A stretch of 64,000 nucleotides of DNA from Longimicrobiales bacterium (GTDB lineage Bacteria > Gemmatimonadota > Gemmatimonadetes > Longimicrobiales > Gaopeijiaceae): positions 736,001 to 800,000 of the forward strand of contig JAWLHJ010000001.1 of assembly GCA_041690395.1 (NCBI GenBank), read 5' to 3'. A model generated the notes under the pieces. The model was not told where the DNA came from. It did no database searches and worked only from the letters and a program-made list of their open reading frames with translations. Of this stretch, positions 28,527 to 38,462 are shown piece after piece; the stretch's first letter is position 1, and every line of letters begins with the position of its first letter. The position numbers were made by a program, and so were the translations under genes.

Positions 28527-30134
28527 ATGGCGGGCGCACTCTCCCGGTGGACCGACCGGGCCCTGGCCTCCGTCGAGCGGGTGGGGAACCGCCTGCCCGA
28601 CCCCATCACCCTCTTCGTGCTCTTCATGGGCATCGTGCTGGTGGCCTCGTGGATCGCCGCCGGGGTCGGCCTGTCGGCCACGCATCCCGGCACCGGGGAG
28701 GAGATCCGCGCGCTCAACCTGCTCACCGCCGAGGGCATTCAGCGCATCCTCACCGAGATGCCGCGCACGTTCACCGACTTCCCGCCGCTCGGTCTCGTGC
28801 TGGTCGTCATGCTCGGCATCGGCGTCGCGGAGCGGACCGGACTCATCGAGACCGCCCTCAAGGCGTTCCTCGGGGGGATCCCCGGATGGCTGGTGACCGC
28901 CGCGATCGTGCTGGCGGGCATCCTGTCGTCGGTCGCCGTCGACGCCGGATACGTCGTCCTGATTCCGCTCGGCGCGGTCATCTTCCACGGCATGGGGCGC
29001 CACCCCATCGCCGGCCTCGCGGCCTCGTTCGCCGGAGTGTCCGGCGGGTTCAGCGCGAACCTCTCCCTCACCGCGCTCGATCCGCTGCTGGCCGGCTTCA
29101 CCCAGCCGGCAGCCCGGCTGGTGGACGAGGCCTACGTGGTCGATCCGACCGCGAACTGGTGGCTCATGATCGCGCTGGTGCCGGTGTACGTGGTCTCCGC
29201 GACGCTCGTGACGGAGCGGGTGCTGGAGCCGCGCCTCGGGAAGTACACGGGGACGGTCGTGGACGACCGTGGCGGCTCGAGTGCCGCCCGCGACGCGGCC
29301 CGTGGAACCGCGGAGCCCGCTGACGGCGCGGATCCCCTCGAGCCCGACGCCACCGCGGACCCCACCGCCCCGTTGTCCGCCGTCGAGAGGAAGGGCCTCC
29401 TCTGGGCCGGGGCGACCTTCGCCGCGTGCCTCCTCGTCATCGTCTGGCTCGCGCTGCCCGAGCCGGGGATCCTGCGCGGTCCCGACGGGGAGATCACGCC
29501 GCTGCTCTCGTCGATCGTGGCGCTCATGCTGTTCGTCTTCTTCCTGCCGGGCCTCGTGTACGGCCTCGTCACGGGGTCGATCAGGAGCGACAAGGACGTG
29601 GCGAAGATGACGTCCGACACCATGGGCAGCATGGGTGCGTATATCGTGCTCGCGTTCGCGGCGGCCCACTTCATCGCGTTCTTCAACTGGTCGAACCTGG
29701 GGCTGATCCTGGCCGTGTCGGGGGCGGGCTTCCTCCAGGCCATCGACTTCACCGGTGTGCCGCTCATCGTGGCGTTCGTCCTGGTGTCGTCGTTCATCAA
29801 CCTCTTCATCGGGAGCGCGTCGGCGAAGTGGGCCATCATGGCACCCGTCTTCGTGCCTATGCTCATGCTCCTCGGTTACTCGCCGGAGCTCACACAGGCC
29901 GCGTACCGGGTGGGCGACTCGGTCACGAACATCCTGACGCCGCTCCTGCCGTACTATCCGCTAGTGATCATCTTCGCGCAGAAGTACGACCGCGAGGCCG
30001 GGATCGGCACGCTCGTGTCGGCCATGTTGCCGTTCTCGGTCGTGTTCGGGCTTCTCGGGATCGCCCTCGTGGTCGCGTGGATGTTGCTGGGCCTGCCGCT
30101 CGGGCCGGGGGCGCCGATGTACTACCAGATGTAG
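28527..30134 (+). CDS. abgT: AbgT family transporter
   Basis: ERVGNRLPDP, FPPLGLVLVVMLGIGVAE, GVSGGFSANL, GSASAKW, AYRVGDSVTN. Confidence 0.9.
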   Translation: MAGALSRWTDRALASVERVGNRLPDPITLFVLFMGIVLVASWIAAGVGLSATHPGTGEEIRALNLLTAEGIQRILTEMPRTFTDFPPLGLVLVVMLGIGVAERTGLIETALKAFLGGIPGWLVTAAIVLAGILSSVAVDAGYVVLIPLGAVIFHGMGRHPIAGLAASFAGVSGGFSANLSLTALDPLLAGFTQPAARLVDEAYVVDPTANWWLMIALVPVYVVSATLVTERVLEPRLGKYTGTVVDDRGGSSAARDAARGTAEPADGADPLEPDATADPTAPLSAVERKGLLWAGATFAACLLVIVWLALPEPGILRGPDGEITPLLSSIVALMLFVFFLPGLVYGLVTGSIRSDKDVAKMTSDTMGSMGAYIVLAFAAAHFIAFFNWSNLGLILAVSGAGFLQAIDFTGVPLIVAFVLVSSFINLFIGSASAKWAIMAPVFVPMLMLLGYSPELTQAAYRVGDSVTNILTPLLPYYPLVIIFAQKYDREAGIGTLVSAMLPFSVVFGLLGIALVVAWMLLGLPLGPGAPMYYQM

Positions 30135-30207
30135 GAGTGGTCGGGCCGCGAGCGGGCCCGGCCCACCGCGATGGACCGGACCCACCCCTCGGGAGCGGAT
30201 CGCTCCG

Positions 30208-30855
30208 TCAGCCCTCGACGTGCGCGTCGTGCTCGCACGACACCGACGGATTCCAGTCGGCGAACATGCCGGACGGATTGTGCTTCCACGGCCAGACGTG
30301 CAGCGCCCACAGGTTGAACGTGAAGTTCTGCTTGAACTCCTGACCGAAGAGCATCGGCGGCGTCTCGTCCGTGCCCCGGATGTCGAAGGGGATCACGTAC
30401 TCGACACCGACGAGCCTCAGCTCACCGTTCTGGTCAGGCTCGTAGATGAGTGCCTCGGGCGAGGGGACGAGCACCTCGTCGTCGATCAGCGCGGGGTCTA
30501 GCAGGTGCCGTCCCATGCCGCCCAGCCGCGCGTCTTCGAGGCACGCGGCGCCCGTAGTCGGGTGCGTCACGAGGACGGTGTGGCCAGCCGCTTCGGCCTG
30601 CTCCGCCCGATGGAAGGCTGCCGTCGCGCGTCTGAGCTCCGCGAGCTGTCGTTCCACGAGTGCGTCCGCCGCATTCCAATCAGCGTCCGCCGCGGTGCCG
30701 CTTCCGGCTCGGTCGGCCCCGGCGTCCGCCGCGTTGGGCGTGAGGTCCGAGTCCGGCCGCGCGGTGGACGTGGCGTCCCCGCACGCCGTGAGGCCGCCGA
30801 GCACGATCGCCAGCATGGCGGCGCTTCCGATCCGGGCCGTGGAGATGGTCTTCAT
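30208..30855 (-). CDS. Hypothetical lipoprotein
   Basis: Lipobox LTAC; GGMG.H, PEALIY, GVEY, WALHVW..NPSGMFADWNP motifs; AGGAGG upstream of ATG 30855. Confidence 0.75.
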   Translation of the reverse strand: MKTISTARIGSAAMLAIVLGGLTACGDATSTARPDSDLTPNAADAGADRAGSGTAADADWNAADALVERQLAELRRATAAFHRAEQAEAAGHTVLVTHPTTGAACLEDARLGGMGRHLLDPALIDDEVLVPSPEALIYEPDQNGELRLVGVEYVIPFDIRGTDETPPMLFGQEFKQNFTFNLWALHVWPWKHNPSGMFADWNPSVSCEHDAHVEG

Positions 30856-30956
30856 GAGCGTGTTCCTCCTGTCGAGAGTCATCAGACCGGACGTCCATCG
30901 GCCTCGTGCCGCGGCTTGTCCCGCCTGTATTCGCTCGCCTAGTATGGGCGGCGGGG

Positions 30957-30995
30957 GTCGCCCCCATGTCGCCTGACTCTCGCCCGCCGGTCGCC
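30957..30995. promoter_or_regulatory. Phased direct-repeat operator (4 x STCGCC, 11-bp period)
   Basis: GTCGCC at 30957, 30968 and 30990, CTCGCC at 30979, between divergent genes; CATACT -10-like hexamer on the minus strand at 30941-30946. Confidence 0.65.
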
Positions 30996-31001
30996 ACCGC
31001 T

Positions 31002-33404
31002 ATGTCGTTTCAGATCAGGACTTTGGGAGGCGCGTCACTCGAGGCGCCGGACGGTCCCGTGACCGGCCGGGCGGCCCAGCGGCACCGGCTCGCGCTCCTG
31101 GCGCTTCTCGCCGAAGCGGGTCCGGGGGGGCTCTCCCGCGAGAAGCTCGCCAGCTACCTGTGGGCCGAGAGCCGCGGCGACCGCGCCCGGCGACTCCTCT
31201 CGGATTCCCTGTACCGGATCTGCCGGGAGCTCGGGGACGAGGCGATCGTGGCCACCGGCGACGTGCTGCGTCTCGACCCGGAGGCGCTCCAGAGCGACGT
31301 GACTCGGTTCCGCGAGGCGCTCGACCGTGAAGACTGGGCGGCGGCCGTGGACGCCTACGGCGGACCGTTCCTCGACGGCTTCCACCTCCCCGACGCCGTC
31401 GAGTTCGAGCGTTGGCAGGAGGACACCCGGGCGGAGCTCGCCCGTCTGCACGCGGCTGCGCTCGAGGCTCTCGCGCGGCGCACCGCGGAGGACGGCGACG
31501 CACGCGAGGCGGCGGCGCTCTGGCAGAGGCGCGCCGCGCTCGATCCGTACGACGCGCGGGTGGCCATGCAGCTCATGCGCGCGCTCGACGCCGCCGGCAA
31601 CCGGGCCGCAGCGCTCCGGCACGCACGGCTCCACGCCCAGTTGCTCGAGTCGGAGTTCGGGACGGGCCCCGACCCGGAAGTCATGGCTTTGGCGGAGGTG
31701 CTGCGCGCCACCCCGGAGGCGGAGAGCGAGCGGGCCCTATCGGCCCAGCGGACCCAATCGGCCCAGCGGCCCGACGCGACTCCGCGCGCCGACTCGCCCA
31801 TGGAGTCCGATCCGCCGGCCATCGCCCCGCCGGCCCGGCGCTCGACCGTCTCGGGTGGCGCGGCCGGAAGGGATGCGGTCTTCGTGGCCGAGCGGGATAT
31901 GAGCCTCCCGCGTCGCGCCACCGTGGGCCTGGTCCTCGTCGTGGTCGCCGTCCTCACGCTCGCGGCCGCCTGGGTCATGGGACGTGGCGGTCCCGATGTC
32001 GCTCCCGTGTCCGAGACGGGCAGGATCGCCATCGCCGTGCTCCCCTTCGACGACCTGAGCGGGGACGAGCAGGGCCTCTTCTTCACCGAGGGGGTGACGG
32101 AAGACGTGCTTACCCGGCTCTCGACGGTCGAGGGCTTCAGCGTGATCGCGCGGGCATCGGTCATGCCGTATCGAGACTCGCCCAAGTCCCTTCGGGTGAT
32201 CGGTGAGGAGCTCGGAGTGCGCTATCTCGTGCACGGGAGCGTCCGTCACGCAAGCACGGGCGTCCGGATCACCGCCCAGCTCGTCGATGCACGCACGAAC
32301 GCCAACGTCTGGGCCCAGAGCTACGACCGGGACGTGGAGGACATTTTCGCGGTCCAGAGCGACATCGCCATGCGGGTGGCCGCCGCGCTCGAGGCTCGCC
32401 TCACGCCGCGGGCAGCGGCGGACATGGACCGTGTTCCGACCGAGGACCTCGCCGCGTACGACGCCTATCTGCGGGGCCGGTTCCAGTGGCATCTGCGCAC
32501 CGAGGAGGGACTCCGCCGGTCGGTGGGCTTCTTCGAGGACGCGGTCGCGCGTGACCCGACGTACGCGCGTGCCTGGGCGGGGCTGGCCGACGCATACGCG
32601 GTGCTCGCTTTCTACGACTATCTGCCTCCCGGCGAGGCGTTTCCGAAGGCGGCGGACGCGGCGCTCCGCGCGCTCGGCATCGATGATAGGCTGGCGGCGG
32701 CCCATGCCTCGCTCGGCTACATCACCCTGTATCACGACTGGGATGCCGGGCGGGCCGAGGCCGCCTTCCGGCGATCCATCGAGCTCAACCCGAGCTACTC
32801 CACGGGCCATCAGTGGTACGCCAACCACCTGGTGGCGACCGGGCGGTTCGACGAGGCGGAGCGGGCCATGAACCTCGCCCGCGAGACGAATCCGCTCTCG
32901 CTCATCGCCAACGGCGCGCTCGGCTGGGTGTACTACTACTCCGGGCGCTACGAAGACGCGGTCCGGCAGTGCGACCTCGCTCTCGAGATGGATCCCGACT
33001 GGGACCTCGGCCACCTGTGGAGGGGCTTCGCGCTCGAGGGCATGGGGCGCTACGAAGAGGCGATCGAGGCGCACCGCCGGGCCGTCGACCTCTCGGATGG
33101 GAGCGGCATCAGCCTCGCGGCGCTCGCGCGCTCCCTGGCCGTCGCGGGACGGATCGACGAGGCCCGCGAGGTGCTCGCCGCGCTGACGGAGGAGATGGAT
33201 TCGGGCCGCTACCGGCCGTCGTTCGAGATCGCCCGGGTGTACGTGGGGCTGCGCGAGTACGACGAGGCGATCCGCTGGCTCGAGCGTGCGGAGCGTGAGC
33301 GCTCACACTCCATGGTCTTCCTCGAGGTCGATCCCCAGCTCGCGCCGCTCCGGGGGGATGCCGCGTTCCGCGCGCTCGTCCAGCGGGTGGGGTTCACGGA
33401 CTGA
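31002..33404 (+). CDS. Transmembrane SARP/BTAD transcriptional regulator with TolB-like and TPR domains
   Basis: IRTLGG..LALLALLA..SREKLASYLW, YGGPFLDGF (wHTH+BTAD); TM ATVGLVLVVVAVLTLAAAWVM; IAVLPFDDLS; TPRs. Confidence 0.88.
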   Translation: MSFQIRTLGGASLEAPDGPVTGRAAQRHRLALLALLAEAGPGGLSREKLASYLWAESRGDRARRLLSDSLYRICRELGDEAIVATGDVLRLDPEALQSDVTRFREALDREDWAAAVDAYGGPFLDGFHLPDAVEFERWQEDTRAELARLHAAALEALARRTAEDGDAREAAALWQRRAALDPYDARVAMQLMRALDAAGNRAAALRHARLHAQLLESEFGTGPDPEVMALAEVLRATPEAESERALSAQRTQSAQRPDATPRADSPMESDPPAIAPPARRSTVSGGAAGRDAVFVAERDMSLPRRATVGLVLVVVAVLTLAAAWVMGRGGPDVAPVSETGRIAIAVLPFDDLSGDEQGLFFTEGVTEDVLTRLSTVEGFSVIARASVMPYRDSPKSLRVIGEELGVRYLVHGSVRHASTGVRITAQLVDARTNANVWAQSYDRDVEDIFAVQSDIAMRVAAALEARLTPRAAADMDRVPTEDLAAYDAYLRGRFQWHLRTEEGLRRSVGFFEDAVARDPTYARAWAGLADAYAVLAFYDYLPPGEAFPKAADAALRALGIDDRLAAAHASLGYITLYHDWDAGRAEAAFRRSIELNPSYSTGHQWYANHLVATGRFDEAERAMNLARETNPLSLIANGALGWVYYYSGRYEDAVRQCDLALEMDPDWDLGHLWRGFALEGMGRYEEAIEAHRRAVDLSDGSGISLAALARSLAVAGRIDEAREVLAALTEEMDSGRYRPSFEIARVYVGLREYDEAIRWLERAERERSHSMVFLEVDPQLAPLRGDAAFRALVQRVGFTD

Positions 33405-33409
33405 TCGCC

Positions 33410-34033
33410 TCAGGGTTCCGGGGGCCCGTCCGGGTGGAGCTCGCACGCCGGCGGCTGGTCACGGGTCCACGACAGCCCGACGATCCTCCATCCGCTCTCA
33501 CCCAGAAGCAGCGTAGCCGCATCGATCCCGCAGTGGCTGAGCTCGTCGCCGTTGTAGAAGTCGTACGGCGTCCAGATCGTGGCCAGGGGGCCGTCGACCG
33601 TGACCACCGGATCCCACATCCGCTCGATGAGCGGTACCGTGCTCGACGTGATGCGCTCGGCCAGCTGGTCGAGCGTGGCCGTCCCGAGGGTCGTCGTGCC
33701 GTCCCGGGTCTCGGTGAAGGACATCAGCGTGCCGGGGGCCACGACCGAGCGGAGGAGCTCGGCGTCTCCGGCCTCCAGAGCGTCGAACAGGGTCTGGAGG
33801 GGTGCCAGGATCGCGTCGCGCTCCGCGGCGGACGGCTCGACGCCGGAAGCGGCCAGCCGCGTGTCCGTGCGGTCCGTTGCGACGTCGGCATCCGAGGCGC
33901 CGGCATCAGAGCCGGGATCGCTCGGCGCACAGGCTGCGATCAGGAAGATGCCGATAAGGGCGACCGCGCGGGTCAGCGGTTGGCCCGCGAGGATCAGAGG
34001 TCCCGCGCCAGCCTGATTCCGGTGAGCTGCCAT
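33410..34033 (-). CDS. NTF2-like/lumazine-binding-like lipoprotein (start uncertain)
   Basis: Lipobox IAAC; ERMWDPVVTVDGPLATIWTPYDFY..SHCGID..WRIV. Confidence 0.65.
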   Translation of the reverse strand: MAAHRNQAGAGPLILAGQPLTRAVALIGIFLIAACAPSDPGSDAGASDADVATDRTDTRLAASGVEPSAAERDAILAPLQTLFDALEAGDAELLRSVVAPGTLMSFTETRDGTTTLGTATLDQLAERITSSTVPLIERMWDPVVTVDGPLATIWTPYDFYNGDELSHCGIDAATLLLGESGWRIVGLSWTRDQPPACELHPDGPPEP

Positions 34034-35361
34034 GATGCGTCCGGGTGGAAGAAGTTCCGGTAGGTGTGCCGCATGTGGCTCCGCGACGTCGCGCACGAGC
34101 CTCCGCGTAGCACGAACTGGTTCACCATGAACTTCCCGTTGTACTCCCCCACCGCGCCAGGGGCGGGCTGATATCCCGGATACGGCCGGTACGGGCTGCC
34201 CGTCCATTCCCAGACGTCCCCGAAGAGCTGCTGGAAGCGGCCCGTGGGGGTGTTATCCCCGACTTCGTCACGCCCGCCCGCTGGCTCACGCATGCCCGCC
34301 GGCTCGGGATGGAACCGCCCGGCATCGACGAAGTTGCCCTCGATGGGCACGTCCCCGGCGGCGAGTTCCCACTCCTCCTCGAGCGGCAGCCGTGCGCCGG
34401 CCCACCGCGCGTACGCATCGGCCTCGTACCAGTTGACGTGACATACCGGCTCGTGGGGCGCCACAGGCATCATCCCGCGCAGCGTGAACGTCCACCACTC
34501 CCCGTCCCGTCGCTCCCAGTAGAACGGCTCCGTCCAGCCGTGCTCGTCGCGGGCCGCCCATCCCTCGGACATCCAGAGCTCCGGCCGCTCGTAGCCGCCG
34601 TCGGCCATGAAGTCGAGGTACTCGGCGTTCGTCACCAGTCGATGCCCGAGCGCGAACGGCCGGAAGAGATGATCGTGGCGGGGCTGCTCGTTGTCGTAGC
34701 AGAATCCATCGCCGTCCCACCCGACCTCCCGGATGCCGCCGGCGAGCTCGATCCACTCGAGCGGCTCGACCCGGGTGGGGCGTTCGGAACGCCGGGCCTC
34801 CGACGTCGCGTCGAGCTCCAGATATGCCGGCCGCAGCGGATTCACGCCGAACACGTGCTTGATGTCCGTGAGCATCAGCTCCTGATGCTGCTGCTCGTGG
34901 TTGAGCCCGAGCTCGACGAGGTCGCGCACCTCGGGGGAGAGATCATCAGTCAGGAGCCGCTCCATCGCGTGGTCGACGGCCGTGCGGTACGCCCACACCT
35001 CGGCCACGGTCGGCCGCGACAGGTAACCGCGTCGCGAGCGGCAGTGCCGCTCCCCGGCCTGTACGTAATACGAGTTGAACAGGAAGGGATAGTCCGGGTC
35101 GTGGAGCTCGTAGCCGTCGAGGTGCGGCACGAGCAGGAACGTCTCGAAGAACCAGGACGTGTGCGCCAGGTGCCACTTCGTCGGGCTCACGTCCGGCATC
35201 GACTGCACCACGTGATCCTCCGGAGAAAGGCTGCGCGTCAGGTAGCGGCTCCGCTGGCGAACCAGTCGGTACCGGTCCAGGAGCTCACTCTCGGCGCGCG
35301 TCGCGGGCGATGCGGTTACGGGTGCTACGGAAGGCGCGGATCGGTCCCGGGGGAGGCCCAC
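33994..35361 (-). CDS. egtB: Ergothioneine biosynthesis sulfoxide synthase EgtB
   Basis: QSMPDVSPTKWHLAH, FNSYY, HEQQHQEL iron-binding motif, FGE-like domain with GEYNGKFM and LRGGSCAT. Confidence 0.92.
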   Translation of the reverse strand: MGLPRDRSAPSVAPVTASPATRAESELLDRYRLVRQRSRYLTRSLSPEDHVVQSMPDVSPTKWHLAHTSWFFETFLLVPHLDGYELHDPDYPFLFNSYYVQAGERHCRSRRGYLSRPTVAEVWAYRTAVDHAMERLLTDDLSPEVRDLVELGLNHEQQHQELMLTDIKHVFGVNPLRPAYLELDATSEARRSERPTRVEPLEWIELAGGIREVGWDGDGFCYDNEQPRHDHLFRPFALGHRLVTNAEYLDFMADGGYERPELWMSEGWAARDEHGWTEPFYWERRDGEWWTFTLRGMMPVAPHEPVCHVNWYEADAYARWAGARLPLEEEWELAAGDVPIEGNFVDAGRFHPEPAGMREPAGGRDEVGDNTPTGRFQQLFGDVWEWTGSPYRPYPGYQPAPGAVGEYNGKFMVNQFVLRGGSCATSRSHMRHTYRNFFHPDASWQLTGIRLARDL

Positions 35362-35489
35362 GATATGGCTCCTGATCGAAGATGACGTGCCTATAGTGAA
35401 CCACCGGAGGTGGCGCGGGGTTCCGGACGCACGGAGGCCCCGCGACCCGGAGAGGCGCCGCGGGGCTCGTGCAGGGGCCCGTTCTCGCG

Positions 35490-36122
35490 TCAGCCCGTCA
35501 GCGCCGCCACCACCGACGGCGGTACGATGACCGCGTCGATGACGTGGATGATCCCGTTGCTCGCCGAGATCTGGCCAGGCACGATCGACGCGTCGTCACG
35601 CAGGCCGGTCAGGCCGTCCTCGATGGTGAGGTCGCTCCGCACACGGAACGTCTCTCCGAGGAGGGAGGTGATCTCGCGGGGATTCCGCTTCGGTACCACG
35701 CTGTTGGCGGCGCGCCGCCCCTCGGTGACGTGGTAGAGCAGGACGTCCAGTACCACCTCCGCGGGAACGTCGGAGATCTCGTCGATCTCGGCGTCGAGCA
35801 CCGTGCTCAGGAGCCCGTAGAGATCCTCGAAGGCCTCGTTGGTGGGGGCGAACACCGTGTACTGGTCGGTCCCGTTGAGGAACAGGTTCACGAGTCCGGC
35901 ATCCAGCTCGGTGTCGACATAGGCCAGCGCGCCCACGAGCTCGGTGAACTCGGCTTCGATGGCGATGGCGGCGATGGACGCGTCGGTGGGGGCCGGAGCG
36001 CGGGCGAGCGTGGGCTCGCCGGCGTCGATCTCGGTCGCCGTGGGCGTATCGGAGCAGGCGGCCAGCGTCGCGATGCCGGCCAGCAGCGCCACGTGGCGGG
36101 TGCTGCGGAGAAGGTCGAACAT
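35490..36122 (-). CDS. Fasciclin (FAS1) domain lipoprotein
   Basis: YTVFAPTNEAF, LLYHV, ASNGIIHVIDAVI; lipobox LAAC. Confidence 0.92.
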   Translation of the reverse strand: MFDLLRSTRHVALLAGIATLAACSDTPTATEIDAGEPTLARAPAPTDASIAAIAIEAEFTELVGALAYVDTELDAGLVNLFLNGTDQYTVFAPTNEAFEDLYGLLSTVLDAEIDEISDVPAEVVLDVLLYHVTEGRRAANSVVPKRNPREITSLLGETFRVRSDLTIEDGLTGLRDDASIVPGQISASNGIIHVIDAVIVPPSVVAALTG

Positions 36123-36214
36123 GGGGGTCTCCCGGTGAAGGTGGGCGTCTCGGCCCGGGGCGCGGCCCCGGAACGACCCAGCTACACGGGAGGAGCGTCG
36201 GCTGACCAGGGGCG

Positions 36215-36685
36215 TCAGGACCCGCCCGGCACGGTCACCGGCTCCGTTACCCTCATCCCCAGCTCCTCGTCCGCGACGTTCTCCTGATAGTCGATGAAGA
36301 ACTCCGTCGGCACACCGGTCACCGAGTCGTACGTCGCCGAGATCGAGTGCGCGTCCCGCGCGATGGCGTCTTCCAGGATGTCGAACAGCCCGTCCACGCT
36401 CGGAAAGAGATCTTCGGTCGGCTCGACGGGCGGCTCGTCCTCGGCGAGATACACGATGGACACGACCGCGCCGTCCTCGACGGTGACCCGCGCCGGGCCG
36501 CGGTAGCCGCAGAAGCAGAGACGCTCGACGGCATAGACGTAGTCGCTCGGGCCGCTCGCTTCCCAGAGGGCGCGGGCCCGCTCGAGCTCGCTGCGCTCGG
36601 GGCCGAGGGAGTCGCAGGAGGCCGCGAGCAGGGTGAGGAGACCCAGGGCGGACAGGGCGAGTCGGGACGGCGTCGTGGTGCGCAT
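36215..36685 (-). CDS. DUF6174-like lipoprotein
   Basis: Lipobox AASC; ARALW...DY.Y..ERLCFC; YD...GVP. Confidence 0.7.
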   Translation of the reverse strand: MRTTTPSRLALSALGLLTLLAASCDSLGPERSELERARALWEASGPSDYVYAVERLCFCGYRGPARVTVEDGAVVSIVYLAEDEPPVEPTEDLFPSVDGLFDILEDAIARDAHSISATYDSVTGVPTEFFIDYQENVADEELGMRVTEPVTVPGGS

Positions 36686-36770
36686 GGTCGAAGGCTCCGA
36701 GGGGTGCGACTTAGATTACCCTGGAGACGATCGAGATGGGCCGTTCGTGACCCCGGACCCGGAGTGGAGC

Positions 36771-37385
36771 ATGAAGTCGATGCCATGGTGCGCGGCCGTG
36801 GCGCTGGTAGCCGCCCTCGCGTGCTCGGGCGAGCCCCCCGAGGCAGCCCCCGACACCGGAGCCCCCGACACCCCCGCCCGGACCGCCACGCCCGTCGATC
36901 CCGCCGACACGGCGAGCTGGAGCATCGGCATCACGTCGGCCCCGTCCACGGCCACCGCGCCTCCTCTCCCCGTGCTGACCGCCCTTCGCGCCGGCACGCA
37001 TCCGGACTACGAGCGCGTCACGTTCGAGATCGCCGGCGCTCCGGAGGGCGATGGCGCCGCCGACGTGCCGGCCGGGCGCCCCGGGTACAAGCTCGAGTAC
37101 GTGGACCGGCCGCTCATCGCGTGCGGGTCCGGCGACCAGATCTTCCCCGTGGGTGACGGTTGGCTGGAGATCCGGCTCGAGCCCGCGGCCGCGCACACCG
37201 AGGAGGGCCAGCCGACGCTGGGGCCCCGCGAGGTCGAGGTGGGCGGCCCGCTCCTCCAGCGCATCTACCGGACGTGCGACTTCGAGGGCATCGTGACCCA
37301 TGTCCTCGCCCTCGGGAGCCCGAACGAGTATCGGGTCTTCACGCTTGCGAGTCCGCTGCGGATCGTGGTGGACGTACGGAGATAG
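36771..37385 (+). CDS. AMIN-like domain lipoprotein
   Basis: Lipobox ALAC; RAGTHPDYERVTFE, DFEG, RVFTLASPLRIVVDV. Confidence 0.7.
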   Translation: MKSMPWCAAVALVAALACSGEPPEAAPDTGAPDTPARTATPVDPADTASWSIGITSAPSTATAPPLPVLTALRAGTHPDYERVTFEIAGAPEGDGAADVPAGRPGYKLEYVDRPLIACGSGDQIFPVGDGWLEIRLEPAAAHTEEGQPTLGPREVEVGGPLLQRIYRTCDFEGIVTHVLALGSPNEYRVFTLASPLRIVVDVRR

Positions 37386-37396
37386 GTGGAATCGCC

Positions 37397-38437
37397 ATGA
37401 AAAACGTGCTCGTACTCCTCGCCCTGATCGGGTGGGCCTGCCTGCCCAGCGCGGTGGTCGCCCAGGCCCAGCCCCCTGCCGAGCCGCCGGCCGACTGGGG
37501 TCCGACGGCGATCGACTACACGAACGTCCCGTACCCCTATCCGGTCGACTTCCTCGACGTCCGGCTGTACGGCGAAGACCACCGGATGGCGTACATGGAC
37601 GTCGCTCCGGTCGGCGAAGCCAACGGGCGGACCGTGGTCGTCTTCCACGGGATGAACTTCTTCGCGGCGGCCTACGAGCCGACCATCGACGCGCTCACCG
37701 AGGCGGGCTTCCGCGTCATCGCCATCGACCGACTCGGCTACGGCCGGTCGTCCAAGCCGGACATCCATTACAACCTCCACATGCCGGCGAGAAACACGAA
37801 GGCGCTTCTGGACGCGCTGGGGATCGAGCGGGCGGCGATCGTCGGGCACTCGATGGGCGGCATGGTCGCGACGCGCTTCGCGTTCACGTATCCGGAGACC
37901 ACGAGCCACGTGGTCATGGTGAACCAGATCGGGCTGAGCGATCCCCGGCCGGACCGCCCGTGGCAGGACCCCCAGGAGGCCTACGAGAGCACGTACGACG
38001 ACACGAGCTACCCATCGATCCTCAGCGGGCACGTGCGCTACTACCCGCGGGGATGGAAGCCGGAGTACCTGCACTGGGTGAAGGTGCAGTACGGACTCAC
38101 GCTCAGCGGCGACTGGCCGAGGATGGCGAAGGTGCGCGCCGCGCAGCGCCGGATCCTCTACGAGGACCCGGTCGTCTACGAGTGGCAGCACATCGCCAGC
38201 AAGGCGCTGGTGATCGGCGGCGCCGAGGACCGGCTCGTCGCGGACTACCCGGCGGCCGCGCGCAACGTGGCGGAGCAGCTCCGGAACGCCGAGCTGGTGA
38301 TCTTCCCCGAGGTCGGGCACTCACCGCACTTCGACAGCCCCGATGAGTACCATGCGCAGCTGATCCGCTTCCTGCTGTCCGATCCCGACGAGCCCGCGGA
38401 TCAGAGCTGGCGCGAGAACGGCCCCAGGTGGAGGTGA
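37397..38437 (+). CDS. Secreted alpha/beta hydrolase
   Basis: FHGMNF, DRLGYGRSSKP, GHSMGG nucleophile elbow, GHSPH; signal peptide. Confidence 0.9.
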   Translation: MKNVLVLLALIGWACLPSAVVAQAQPPAEPPADWGPTAIDYTNVPYPYPVDFLDVRLYGEDHRMAYMDVAPVGEANGRTVVVFHGMNFFAAAYEPTIDALTEAGFRVIAIDRLGYGRSSKPDIHYNLHMPARNTKALLDALGIERAAIVGHSMGGMVATRFAFTYPETTSHVVMVNQIGLSDPRPDRPWQDPQEAYESTYDDTSYPSILSGHVRYYPRGWKPEYLHWVKVQYGLTLSGDWPRMAKVRAAQRRILYEDPVVYEWQHIASKALVIGGAEDRLVADYPAAARNVAEQLRNAELVIFPEVGHSPHFDSPDEYHAQLIRFLLSDPDEPADQSWRENGPRWR

Positions 38438-38462
38438 CGTCCGCCTGGCGCCCGGCCCGCCC

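Noticed and set aside
31739..31770. Short tandem duplication ATCGGCCCAGCGG in the BTAD regulator
   Set aside because: In-frame 18-bp-period duplication in a low-complexity linker (SAQRTQSAQRP); no sign of function.
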